Positions 38,125 to 50,218 are shown, counted from the first letter of the whole stretch. The stretch: 63,226 nucleotides of DNA, filler included, from Octopus bimaculoides (GCF_001194135.2; 6 parts of 5 records of this genome joined end to end with filler, not necessarily neighbours in it), one strand, 5' to 3'. Notes: generated from the letters alone by a model not told the origin. Numbers and translations: made by a program.

Positions 38125-38373
38125 CTTTAATCTTCAAAGTAAATTCTGGAGAGCAATGATTTCTGTCTCAAAAAGTCCAAGATAAATCTTTTTCAGTGAT
38201 ATTTTGAATTGAAAGAGATGAAACGTTCTTAGTATGGCTAACTTCATGGCTGCCATTCCTATCACAAGTCCAGTCACATTCGAGATTATAATACTTGTTT
38301 CTCCAGACAATAATTCTTTCCATATTTGGCACTTCGATATGAAGGGTTGTGTTCCCTCCAAACACAGCTGGTC
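38125..38373 (-). CDS. Internal exon encoding an Ig-like ectodomain, with an in-frame TGA at 38170-38168
   Basis: Acceptor ctatttacttcag|GA and donor AAAG|gtaagg; 249 bp, phase 1-1. Peptide GPAVFGGNTTLHIEVPNMERIIVWRNKYYNLECDWTCDRNGSHEVSHTKNVSSLSIQNITEKDLSWTF*DRNHCSPEFTLKIK, with four N-glycosylation sequons. Confidence 0.65.
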
Positions 38374-39097
38374 CTGAAGTAAATAGATAAATCAATATCA
38401 TTGATTTCTTTCAGGGATTTTTTCATCATCATCACTACATATGGCTGTATTCATTTGGAAGCAAAATTACCACATATTACTCCTCACCATTTCCTTTCCA
38501 CTACTACTTACTCCCCCACCGCCACCCTCTGCCAGAACAACTTTTTCCCTTATTTCCATTATCCTTTCCCACACTATTTTCACTGATCACATCCTCTCTG
38601 TGCCTTCTCTCTCCTCAGCCATACTTCATCTTAACCCCTCAAGCGTTTGCTGTGATTCTCAACACCCTCTCATAGCCACCCTTATGTACCCTCCTCTACA
38701 TCTACCTCCCCACCACTCTTGCATCTACAACATCCCCCTGCCTTCTCTCTCTCACCTTTGCCCCCCCCCACTCATCAACTGCACCTCCATCCTTGTTCAT
38801 CACTCACTGTATTCACCTCTGCCTACATCTCTCTTATCACACTACCCCCTCCCTTTTCACTTCCCCTGATCTATTGTCTACCTGTCACTACCATTTTTAT
38901 CTTCTTCCTAGCCACTCCCATCTACCTTCACACCTGTGCTCTTGTCTCTGTCATATTTTAGCCTTTCAACACACCTGATATAAAGCCACCCACCTCTCTC
39001 CTACTCTCTTCCTTCAAGTGATATTTTTATTTTTCCTTTCGTCCTTCCAATTACTTGATAACTTCATCAGTGGTGATGCCATGAAAATATCATATGG

Positions 39098-39495
39098 CAC
39101 TCTCTCTCTAAATTGGTGTAAGGAAGGGCATTGAAATGTAGAAACCACGCCAAAGCAGACACTGAAGCCTGACATAGTCCTGGGACTTGTGGTATCCTGT
39201 CAAAACATCCAACTTATGCCAGCATGGAATGTGGATGCTAAATGACGTTGATGATGATGAATATCATAACCACAATCACAATTATTATGACTGTCATAGT
39301 CCTAGTTGCAGGAGCGATGAGAAAATGCATCCTGTACACTCTGTGAAATGGTTGGCATTATGGAAGATAATCAGCCATAGAAACCATGCCAAAGCAAATA
39401 TTGGCGTTTGACACAGTCCTGCAGCTTGTTGGATCCTTTATAATTGTCCAAGTCATGCCAGCATGGAAGGAGGTCATTAAATGGTGATGGTTGTG
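39098..39495 (+). mobile_element. Two SINE family E 3' fragments (39098-39265, 39322-39495)
   Basis: Both contain tagaaacca.gccaaagca and atgccagcatggaa followed by GAT/GGT tails. Confidence 0.7.
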
Positions 39496-40269
39496 GTTGG
39501 TGCTCCTTAAAAGGAAATCGAGCGGATTGGAAAAAGTTTAAAAAAAAACCGAGTGAGAAAAAACTTTGAGAGAAAGAAATAAATAGGAAACAGAACCGAA
39601 AAGACAGCGTTTAGTTTAAAAGGAGAAAAAGGTTTGTAAATCCATTTACCATTTTGGAAAATTTTGTAATTTTTTGCAATTGTTAAATCTGTAAAAGATG
39701 GAAACAAAACTTTTTGAGTTTTCAGATTTTACCTTTGATCAATAGGATTCATTACTGTTTAAATTACAATATTTAAATAAAAATAATAATTAACACATGT
39801 CAATATAATTACATATCATATAAAGTGGCAGTTTGAGTGAAGATGTTGAACATGTGGTTGAATGCCTTCACAGAATCCAAAGAAATTGGTAAGGGTCTGT
39901 GTTGGCAAGACTATATTGAATGGAAAGAGTACAGTGAAATTGTCATGGAGAGTAGAAAATCCAACTTTTCAGAGAGAGTCCTTCAACAGGAAGAAGTCGA
40001 CAGGAGTGAGATTAAAAACAACCAGTTTTTGTCTAGCTTAGAGATGTAAAACTCTGCTGTATTTCTTTTCATTTTAGTTTTGCCAACTTTTCCCCGAAGA
40101 CAGAATGTCTAAAACTTTGGATTTTCTGCTCACTATGGAAATGTCTGTAAAAACTCTACTCCCTCTCTGTTGATTTGCGTATGTGTGTGTGTGTGTGCAA
40201 TGTAAGTGTACATGTGCGCCAGATTAGACTGTTGGAAAAGAAAAATTCCTAACATTGGGCTACAACAAG

Positions 40270-40400
40270 TGAATGTAGATGCCAAGAACCCTCCTAAGTA
40301 TCCTAGCTGTCCCTAATAACACTGTTTTCTTAAGCTCTACTAAACTGGGTTTTATGCCTATTTTCTCTATCCATCTGTTCAAATCTTAAGGGAAAGTTCG
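40270..40400 (-). mobile_element. R4/Dong-type 3' end fragment
   Basis: DLNRWIEKIGIKPSLVELKKTVLLGTARILRRVLGI, the conserved C-terminal LLGTARILR motif. Confidence 0.7.
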
Positions 40401-40404
40401 TCAT

Positions 40405-40874
40405 GCACCTATAACTACTGGAATGTATTTATCGACCCAAACAAGGGGGTCATTATAAGGAGCTTTAGGCTCATCACACTGCTCAATGCAGAGTTGAAGA
40501 TTTTGGCCAAGGTGCTAGCCAAGAGATTGGCGCTTGTCATGGGCAAACTGATCAGCAAGGTGCAGACATGCGCCATGCCGACCAGGTCTATCCACGACAA
40601 TCTCCATCTCATGCGCTACATCATAGAGAGGGTGGGTAACGAAGCTGGCGCGGGTGGTGCTTTGATCAATTTAGATCAGTCTAAAGCCTTTGATAGGGTC
40701 GACCATCGATACCTGGCAGCTGGCTTCGGTCCGGTCTTCCATGGGTGGATAGCTGCTTTATACAGCGGCATCTGCTCGGTCATACGGGTGAACGGTCATC
40801 TATCGGAACCGTTCAACATCTCGCATTTGGTTCGCCAAGGATGTCCTCTCTCCTCCCTTCTGTATGTATTGACT
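40405..40874 (+). mobile_element. L1/Tx1-like reverse transcriptase fragment
   Basis: FRLITLLNAELKILAKVLAKRL...LINLDQSKAFDRVDH...VRQGCPLSSLLY; cut by a scaffold linker. Confidence 0.92.
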
Positions 40875-40974
40875 NNNNNNNNNNNNNNNNNNNNNNNNNN
40901 NNNNNNNNNNNNNNNNNNTTAATTAATTAANNNNNNNNNNNNNNNNNNNNNNNNNNNNNNNNNNNNNNNNNNNN
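40875..40974. other. Artificial scaffold linker
   Basis: 44 N + TTAATTAATTAA + 44 N. Confidence 0.95.
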
Positions 40975-42616
40975 TATATATATATATATATATATATGCA
41001 CATTGACACATAGACTTATGTATATATATATAATTGAAGAAATTGGAGTCACCAAGAAGGGGTACGATTGAACATTTATTTTTTAATCATTACAATTATT
41101 TCGACGCAACGTAGTTCTCTGGGTGTGCAGGTACTTGATTATGCAACTGTTTCCCTGCATCATGAGATCTAGTTGTGTTACACATACACACACACACATA
41201 TCATGTGGATGTATTTTTGCCTCAATTCTTTGCCTACAGACTTTACTAATGCCTCAGATTTCTTTCGTTTCTTCATGGTTAACAAAGTTTTCATAATGGA
41301 TATTGACCTCTTAATCCATTTACTCTGATTCTCACACCACCACCACCATCGGTCCTGTTACACACTGGGTTTCCTTGATTCTGGTTGAGAAATACGTTAA
41401 AGGCATACACCTGTCAGTGGAATATTCAGCCAATTAATTACACGTTAATTCCATGATCAGATGCTTCTGTTGGTCGAACAACTGACACCTCTTCGTCGAA
41501 TATAACGGAGATCCATTCATTTACTATAAGCATCGACGACATATTGATTCGAATTTTAGATTGCCAGCAGAATTCCTGAAATAGATGTTGACAAGAGGTT
41601 TCAATGTCGACACTCATGCAACGATATGAATATGAGTGATTAGAAAATCGTTCAATGCGAGATATAAACTGTCAACTGAAAAGTTCAGGAGGACTCTTAA
41701 TGGACGATAGTAAAATAGATTAATATATATCAATATAACTAATACTAATATAGAAATGAAAATATTCATCCCTCATTCTTTCTCTCACTATCTCTCTCAC
41801 TCTCTCTCTCTCCCACTCTCACTCGCTCTTTATATATATATNNNNNNNNNNNNNNNNNNNNNNNNNNNNNNNNNNNNNNNNNNNNNNNNNNNNNNNNNNN
41901 NNNNNNNNNNNNNNNNNNNNNNNNNNNNNNNNNNNNNNNNNNNNNNNNNNNNNNNNNNNNNNNNNNNNNNNNNNNNNNNNNNNNNNNNNNNNNNNNNNNN
42001 NNNNNNNNNNNNNNNNNNNNNNNNNNNNNNNNNNNNNNNNNNNNNNNNNNNNNNNNNNNNNNNNNNNNNNNNNNNNNNNNNNNNNNNNNNNNNNNNNNNN
42101 NNNNNNNNNNNNNNNNNNNNNNNNNNNNNNNNNNNNNNNNNNNNNNNNNNNNNNNNNNNNNNNNNNNNNNNNNNNNNNNNNNNNNNNNNNNNNNNNNNNN
42201 NNNNNNNNNNNNNNNNNNNNNNNNNNNNNNNNNNNNNNNNNNNNNNNNNNNNNNNNNNNNNNNNNNNNNNNNNNNNNNNNNNNNNNNNNNNNNNNNNNNN
42301 NNNNNNNNNNNNNNNNNNNNNNNNNNNNNNNNNNNNNNNNNNNNNNNNNNNNNNNNNNNNNNNNNNTTGATAATTTACGGAGAAAGACTGTTAAGCATCT
42401 ATACATAAAATTTGACTGAAATTTATGAGTGAGCTTCTGGTTCCATTGGATGTCCATGGAGCCATGTTAGCGTTGATATGTGCGCTCGATTCTAGCCTGG
42501 GTAAGCTCACCGTTGTTCAGATAATGTCACTTTAATCAAGGTATATATATTATTAAAATGATACATTATTGCATAATTATTATTACTGTGTGTGTGTGTG
42601 TGTGTGCGTGTGTAAA

Positions 42617-42850
42617 AACAACTACTTGACAGAAATGGGCATCAAAACTTTCCCTCACCATTGCTAGATTTCAGACCCTGTGATCATTGGTTGTTACTCA
42701 AACTGGAGGGAACCTCAGAGTAAGTCATTTAGAAGATGAAGGAGGCTGTGACAATGGTCATGGACACCTTCAATTAAGAGGACATTCAAGGGGCCTTCAT
42801 GATGTGGCTGGAGCGTCACAGCAACTGCATGGAAGTCAGAGGATGCTACC
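42617..42850 (+). mobile_element. Mariner transposase C-terminal remnant
   Basis: Across frames: NNYLTEMGIKTFPH, DFRPCDHWLLLKL (decayed YSPDLAPCDF.LF), KMKEAVTMVMDTFN*EDIQGAFMMWLERHSNCMEVRGCY. Confidence 0.8.
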
Positions 42851-43904
42851 GCATGTCGGAAGTTTTCAGACTCTTTCAGGAGCGACATTTATTTCAAAGA
42901 AGTGCAAAACTATAATCTCCTTCAATGTAGGATCACCTGACTCCACTGCACTTATTGTAGCGCTGTGTNNNNNNNNNNNNNNNNNNNNNNNNNNNNNNNN
43001 NNNNNNNNNNNNNNNNNNNNNNNNNNNNNNNNNNNNNNNNNNNNNNNNNNNNNNNNNNNNNNNNNNNNNNNNNNNNNNNNNNNNNNNNNNNNNNNNNNNN
43101 NNNNNNNNNNNNNNNNNNNNNNNNNNNNNNNNNNNNNNNNNNNNNNNNNNNNNNNNNNNNNNNNNNNNNNNNNNNNNNNNNNNNNNNNNNNNNNNNNNNN
43201 NNNNNNNNNNNNNNNNNNNNNNNNNNNNNNNNNNNNNNNNNNNNNNNNNNNNNNNNNNNNNNNNNNNNNNNNNNNNNNNNNNNNNNNNNNNNNNNNNNNN
43301 NNNNNNNNNNNNNNNNNNNNNNNNNNNNNNNNNNNNNNNNNNNNNNNNNNNNNNNNNNNNNNNNNNNNNNNNNNNNNNNNNNNNNNNNNNNNNNNNNNNN
43401 NNNNNNNNNNNNNNNNNNNNNNNNNNNNNNNNATATATATATATATTTATATATATATATGTATGTATGTATGTATACACGGATGCATATTAGTGAGATC
43501 TACAAACACAAGCATACATATCAGACGCGCATATTCAACACCGTTAACTTTAATTACATGGTGATGTGTCATCTTTATAACATTTTAATAGTCAATTCTT
43601 CAACTCCGTTTCCTAATTCCATTATAAGCCGTGCAATTGTGTCTAAATTATGAACTATGTCACCAGAAGGTATAATGGATGTTAATCACTCTCTGCTGTT
43701 AAGATCTGAACCCAATTGTTCATACTTGAAATTCTGGCTGTTGCTTACTCTTCTTTTATTGTTACCCGATTGTTACTCCATTGTTATATCTGCTTCCGGG
43801 TAGGGCAACCAAGCGTTGTCTCTTCCCACATGCAACACATACCTTATGAGAACCTAACAGATATATGCCAATGTGATACGTATTCTTTTCTAATTTTGTT
43901 GTTG

Positions 43905-44232
43905 TTAAAGTGGTGAGCTGGCCGGATCATTAGCGCATCGGACAAATACTTCGCAGCATTTCTGTCACCTCTTATCATTCTGACTTTGACTTTTCATTCT
44001 TTTGGGGTCGATAAAATATGTACCATTTAAGCACTGGTGGTAGATGTAATCCGATAATTCCTCCCCCAAAATTTCCAGGGCTTGTGCTTATAGGAGAAAA
44101 AAATTATTCAGAAGGTGGATAGCTAGCAGAATCGTCACCACGTCAGACAAAATGCTTAGCAGTATTTTTCCCCGCTTCCCACGTTCTAAGTTCAAATTCG
44201 GTCGTGGTTGACGTTGCTTTCGGGGTCTATAA
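43905..44232 (+). mobile_element. Two degraded SINE family B copies
   Basis: Heads aaagtggtgagctggccgg (43905) and aaggtggatagctagcagaatcg (44111), each with the ggggtc.ata core. Confidence 0.7.
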
Positions 44233-44537
44233 AGTGATTTCAAAGTGAGGGTGAGAGAGTGTGTGTAAGAGAGATACAGAGAGAGAGACAGACAGACAGA
44301 ATTAACAGAAGAGGTGCAGGATGAGTGCATATACTAGGCATGAGGGTAAGCAATGAGTAAAGGAAAGTGATACAAAACTTTAGCGCAATGATAGAATCAG
44401 TGAGACAAAGGAGGAGGAGGAGGAGGAGGAGGAGGAGGGAAGGAGAGAAGGAAAATAAGGAAAAGCGTAATGATGATGATGATGATGGCGGTAGTGGTGG
44501 GGGTTGGGGTGGGGGTGTTGTTGTTGGTGGTGGTGGC

Positions 44538-44589
<52 letters not shown>

Positions 44590-44976
44590 NNNNNNNNNNN
44601 NNNNNNNNNNNNNNNNNNNNNNNNNNNNNNNNNNNNNNNNNNNNNNNNNNNNNNNNNNNNNNNNNNNNNNNNNNNNNNNNNNNNNNNNNNNNNNNNNNNN
44701 NNNNNNNNNNNNNNNNNNNNNNNNNNNNNNNNNNNNNNNNNNNNNNNNNNNNNNNNNNNNNNNNNNNNNNNNNNNNNNNNNNNNNNNNNNNNNNNNNNNN
44801 NNNNNNNNNNNNNNNNNNNNNNNNNNNNNNNNNNNNNNNNNNNNNNNNNNNNNNNNNNNNNNNNNNNNNNNNNNNNNNNNNNNNNNNNNNNNNNNNNNNN
44901 NNNNNNNNNNNNNNNNNNNNNNNNNNNNNNNNNNNNNNNNNNNNNNNNNNNNNNNNNNNNNNNNNNNNNNNNNNNN

Positions 44977-45071
<95 letters not shown>

Positions 45072-45229
45072 GTATCGATGTATGTATGTCATTATTCAGT
45101 TTTTTTTCATTTCAGGATTACTTGCCAATAGAGATTTAGAGATGATTTATAACCGAGATCCAAGACTTCTTCATTGGAATTTCAGCATCAACAGACTGTT
45201 TATGTATGTATGTATGTATGTATGTATGT

Positions 45230-45445
45230 ATGTGTGCAGATTTGTATGTTTTGTTTTAAGTATGTCTTCTCATGCATAGACTTGCATGTCTAGACATGCT
45301 CATATATACTTAAATGGTAAACACTGGGAAATCTTTACAGATTTTTACAGTTCCAGTAATGGCTTGGCTTTCACCTTTCTTGTTTTGTGAGGCCTAATAC
45401 CTCAAGATTGGTATTTAGGCAGTGTCTTACATATCCCAGTGCCTC
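45230..45445 (-). mobile_element. 3' end of the (CATA)n-associated R4/Dong-type family
   Basis: Aligns to 30640-30885 (gtgtgcagatttgta.gttttg...tctagacatgctcatatata...tttacagatttttacagttccagt). Confidence 0.85.
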
Positions 45446-45467
45446 AGTAATTACCTCTCTCTCTCTC

Positions 45468-45505
<38 letters not shown>

Positions 45506-45579
45506 NNNNNNNNNNNNNNNNNNNNNNNNNNNNNNNNNNNNNNNNNNNNNNNNNNNNNNNNNNNNNNNNNNNNNNNNNN

Positions 45580-45621
<42 letters not shown>

Positions 45622-45659
45622 GTGTGTATGTGTGTGTGTGTGTGCGTGCGTGTGTGTGT

Positions 45660-45762
45660 ATTACGGCCATATCACGTTGATTGCATCCGAAGTTAAGCAA
45701 CGTTGAGTCTAGTTAGTACTTAGATGGGTGACCGCTTGGGAAACCTAAGTGCTGTAAGCATC
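45660..45762 (+). pseudogene. 5S rRNA pseudogene with an internal deletion of about 18 nt
   Basis: ttacggccatatcacgttga...cgaagttaagcaacgttgagtctagttagtacttagatgggtgaccgcttgggaaacctaagtgctgtaagc; box A and box C are present; helix I ttacggc/gctgtaa pairs. Confidence 0.9.
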
Positions 45763-45784
45763 TCACGCTTGTTACCATTATTAG

Positions 45785-45845
45785 AAAGGCGGTGCTCCAG
45801 CATGGCCCCAGTCCCTGGCTGAAACCAATAAAAGAATGAATAAGA
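45785..45845 (+). mobile_element. SINE family A 3' tail fragment
   Basis: aaaggcggtgctccagcatggccccagtc...ctgaaaccaataaaagaat. Confidence 0.8.
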
Positions 45846-46341
45846 ATATATATATAATTACTCACATACATACAAACATACAAACAGCATTTCAACAAAT
45901 TATATATACAAATGTCTGTGACCTCAATTCTTTTGCAATATGTCTAATTTCAAACTCTTTCGACACAGTTTACATACGTTTTTGTATTCACATACAAACT
46001 TATACATACATACATACATACATACATACATACATACATACATACATACAGATACATACGCACACACACGCACACGCACACGCACACACACACACATAGA
46101 TACAACCATGTATCTCAGTCATCTGTTATGTTGACATATTTTGCTAGAATTTGTATTTCGTGTTGACATTCTTTGTAATTAATATTTCCTGCTCAAATTC
46201 CAAAGAACAGTCAGCCGACGTTTATGTTCCTGGGATTACAGAACTGGTGTGTCATTGAATGTATGATGATAAACAGACAGACAGATATATAGATAGAAAG
46301 CCAGACAGACGGCCAATTGTGCATGCGTGCATGTATACACG

Positions 46342-46382
<41 letters not shown>

Positions 46383-47089
46383 GTGTGTGTGTATGTCTGT
46401 ATGCCTTTTATTTTCTATAAAATTCAACTATATATATATATATATAAACACATACATACTACATATATGTATATAGATGGCTGAGATAATTATGAATCGA
46501 TAAATAGATAGATAAATAGATGGACAGACAGACATGTATATACTTGTACAAACATATGTATGTATGTGTATTATGTATGTATGTATGTATGTATGTATAA
46601 CAAGATATGCAGGAAAAAAGAAAATATTAAGACTAACTGAGCATTAATAATATATATAAATGTATAAGTTTGTTGAGAAACCAATTTTTTTTTTTGTTCC
46701 AATTCTTTGTCTCCTATATTTCTTTCTAAGCTGTTCTCATTTCAACATGAAATACCATACATAACTTTTTGCTTCTGCAACAGTAAATCTTTCAATCTTT
46801 CTGGTTTACATTTTCTTAGCTGATTTAATTAATTACTTATTTATTTTTCAGAAAAGAAATTATTCTTATTGAAACCCAGGCTATCTAAAATTGCAATATA
46901 ATTCTTCAGAAAAAAAACAGACTAGTTAGCAAGAAGCATCTTTCTCTTGCCTCATCTCCACTACTACGACCAATGATAAATATGTCACCATTGCGACTGC
47001 GTCTAAGACGACGACGACAACAAGTTTGTTAAGGAGTATATTCTGTTCCTTCTTAAACTCCCATTTTGTCGTGTAGTTTTGCAACAACC

Positions 47090-48327
47090 TAGTATGACTC
47101 CATTTTGACTAGTTAATGGTGTTACATTCCTACTTCCAAAAAATGAAGAAACAAATGAACCCCCAAATTATCGACCCATAACCTGCTTAATAACAATGTA
47201 TAAAATACTAACATCTGTCTTGACTGAATATACCTAAAGTTTTTTTAATAGAAAGGATGTAAACGTGATTCCTATGGTTGTAAAGATCAGCTAATCGTCA
47301 ATTAGAGGATCTTGGAAGATTGTCACAAACGACACAAAAGCTTGTTGATAGCTTGGATAGACTAAACAAATCTTTTGATAGTCTACCATATAGCTGGATT
47401 AAGAAATGTCTGGGAATGTATAAAATAGCACCTACTCTGCGAAACTTCTTGCCTGTAAGTATGCGATCATGGAGAACCACACTGACTTTGAACAGTGACA
47501 ATGAATCTCTAAATGCTGGAGATGTAAGAATTTCATGTGGCATTTTCCAGGATGACTCTCTATCACCACTCCTCTTTTGTCTAGCCTTAATGCCTCTCTC
47601 GAAATTGCTCGATGATGTACAATACGTCAATAAAATATTTGATAAAAATATAAATCATCTCATTTACAAGAATGATTTAAAGCTTTTTGTAAAAAATGAT
47701 CAACAACTACAGGGCTTACTAGCGATTGTTAAACAATTCAGTGATGATAAGAGGATGCAATTTGGCCTCGATAAATGTGCAAAAGCTACCTTTATCAAAG
47801 GAAAAATGACAGAAACATTCATCGTTAATCTTGACCAGCATAATACCATAAAGGAGTTAAAACCAGTGGAGAGCTACAAAAACCTAGGGGTATTTGAAGG
47901 TAATGGAATCAAACATTCAGTGATGAGGGAAAGGATCAGAAGAGAATGTTATCGCTGGGTAAGGGCAATACTCAAGACAGAACTGAATGCAAGAAACAGG
48001 ATGGATGCGATCAATATTTTAGCCATACTGGTCGTGACTTACAATTTCCATATCATTAACTGGTCAATTACTGAAATATGTAATCTTGACAGAAAACTAC
48101 GAAAATTGTTGACAATGCATAGAATGCACCACCCTAAGGCAGATATAGAACGACTTTACCAGCCAAGAAAAGAAGATGGCTGTGGACTTTTACAACTGGA
48201 ATTAAAAATGAAGATTGCCACAATTGGCCTAAACACCTACCTGAAAAACTTTGATGACTGGATGTTAAAACTTGTCTTAAAGCATGAAAACAAGAAAGCA
48301 TCATACTCAGTAACAAAACAGGCAAAG
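47090..48327 (+). mobile_element. R4/Dong-type reverse transcriptase region, inactive
   Basis: NYRPITCL, KSFDSLPYSW, GIFQDDSLSPLLF (QGD altered), HLIYKNDLKL (YxDD altered), MHHPKADIERLYQPRK. Confidence 0.92.
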
Positions 48328-48974
48328 GCACCCATCTCTCAAGTACTTTTGTTTTTCCAATCTCTTCCAAGTTGTAGGAAATTGTCGTATACGTTACTCT
48401 AATTCAGAAGCAATATCTCAAACAGCTGTGCGTGGATTGGCTTCGACGAAGACTCTTAGTTGATCGTTGTGAACATCCGATGGCCGACCACTACGCTTAT
48501 CATCTTCAAGACTCTCGTCACCGCTACGAAATTTCTTGAGCTACCATTGTGCTGTACGTCCATTAGTGGTCCTTTGGCCAAACGCATCGTTGATATCGCG
48601 ATCTGTTTCAGCAGCTTTTCGGCCTAGCTTGAACTGGAATAAGAAAATTGTGCGAATTTGCTTTTTGTCCATGTTGTATTCAACGTTCCGGAAAAAAATG
48701 GCCTAATTATTCAAAAAGANNNNNNNNNNCGGCCTAGCTTGAACTGGAATAAGAAAATTGTGCGAATTTGCTTTTTGTCCATGTTGTATTCAACGTTCCG
48801 GAAAAAAATGGCCTAATTATTCAAAAAGAAAAAGAGTAACACGATTAGATTGAACAAAAAACGGGCTTTAAAATTATATATAAAGTCAAAGTAATTTAAC
48901 GAAAATTAATTTGAAAATGCATCATTTAAAACCAAAATTAAAAATTCCGCAAGAACTTTCTTGACAACCTAATA
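48328..48974 (-). mobile_element. Mariner (Hsmar1/SETMAR-like) element, 5' half with TIR
   Basis: TA-TTAGGTTGTCAAGAAAGTTCTTGCGG TIR at 48974-48947; ATG at 48672 gives MDKKQIRTIFLFQFKLGRKAAETDRDINDAFG...KFRSGDESLEDDKRSGRPS...EIGKTKVLERWVP. Confidence 0.92.
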
Positions 48975-49029
48975 GAATATAAGATAAGTAAACAAGTAGT
49001 AATTTTTAAGTCATAAAATTAAAATATTA

Positions 49030-49248
49030 TCTATTGAAAGAAAGCTTGATAATATTGTCTGTCTAAAGAAAGCTAAATAGAAAAAGAAGGTAATTATAAA
49101 TATTTACAAATGCTTGCCGATACAGTGATGTTTGTAAATATTTATAAATGAAGAATTTTGCAAAGGCGGTGAAGTTTGTCTTCAAGATCTTTTTCCGTTT
49201 TTGGCGGTAAAGAGAGAGAGAATAAAAGAAAGAGAGAGAGACAAGGAA

Positions 49249-49279
<31 letters not shown>

Positions 49280-49396
49280 GATAAAGAACGCGTAGACGTC
49301 GATGGAAAAAAAATAATAAGTCTCCGTGTGTATACCGTTAATGTAATCTTGTGTAATTTTGGACTATGTATGGTTACGTATAGAAAACAAACTAAT

Positions 49397-49481
<85 letters not shown>

Positions 49482-50126
49482 TATACTGATTTGTTTTGAA
49501 GTTTGTGTTCTGCTGTATTAAATATACTCATCCATCTGTCGTGGAGAATGAATCAGGCAGAAGGTGGCGGTTAGCCAGAGAGAGACAAAGGCGAAGAACA
49601 GCCAATCTCACCCAGGAAGAACTGGACACAAGAAGATTAAACAATACTTTAAGGTTATTAAATCAATCACAAGAAGTGAGACAAGAGAGACGAGCGCAAG
49701 CGCAAGAAGACAGGCTCGAAGACGTTAAAATTAAAAGGAGCACCTAATTGCACAAAGGAGAGATATTCAAAGAGAGAGAGAGAGAGCAGCAGAAAAGCGC
49801 CAAGATGAAACAGAAGAGCAAGCGGCAGTGAGGAGAGACTATCTAAGAATGAGAGCATCGCAAAAGTGACAAGACGAAACGGAAGAGGGAGCAGCAGAAA
49901 AGAGAGAAATCGAAAGAGAGAGAGAGAACATCGAGGAGAAGAATGGAAGAATAATGGTTAATACTGAAGCGGACCATCCAAAACAAGGCGAACTCATTGC
50001 TGGCAGGGTTTTCACTAGAAACGTAGTGTTGAAGCAATTACTGAGATAAAGGTTGTAAGGATTTTATTTTAATTTTATTTTCCGTATCATTTTCATGCCG
50101 TCATTTCTGACGGCACAGGTATACTA

Positions 50127-50127
<1 letters not shown>
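49030..50127 (+). mobile_element. Non-autonomous Helitron, about 1.1 kb
   Basis: A|TCTATT 5' end; 8-bp hairpin TGCCGTCA-tttc-TGACGGCA (50096-50115) followed 8 nt later by CTAG|T; internal remnants of charged RQDETEEQ-type repeats. Confidence 0.8.

Positions 50128-50218
<91 letters not shown>

Noticed and set aside
41405-41575. Minus-strand segment with acceptor and donor-like ends upstream of the Ig exon
   Set aside because: All three frames contain stops; it could be a UTR exon but nothing supports it, and it is across a linker.
47320-48402. 360-aa ORF as an active or domesticated RT gene
   Set aside because: The catalytic YxDD reads YKND and QGD reads QDD; upstream frameshifts and stops are present, and the C-terminus is antisense mariner sequence.
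48620-48829. ~100-bp direct duplication on both sides of a 10-N gap in the mariner element
   Set aside because: Typical unmerged contig overlap; an assembly artefact rather than a biological repeat.
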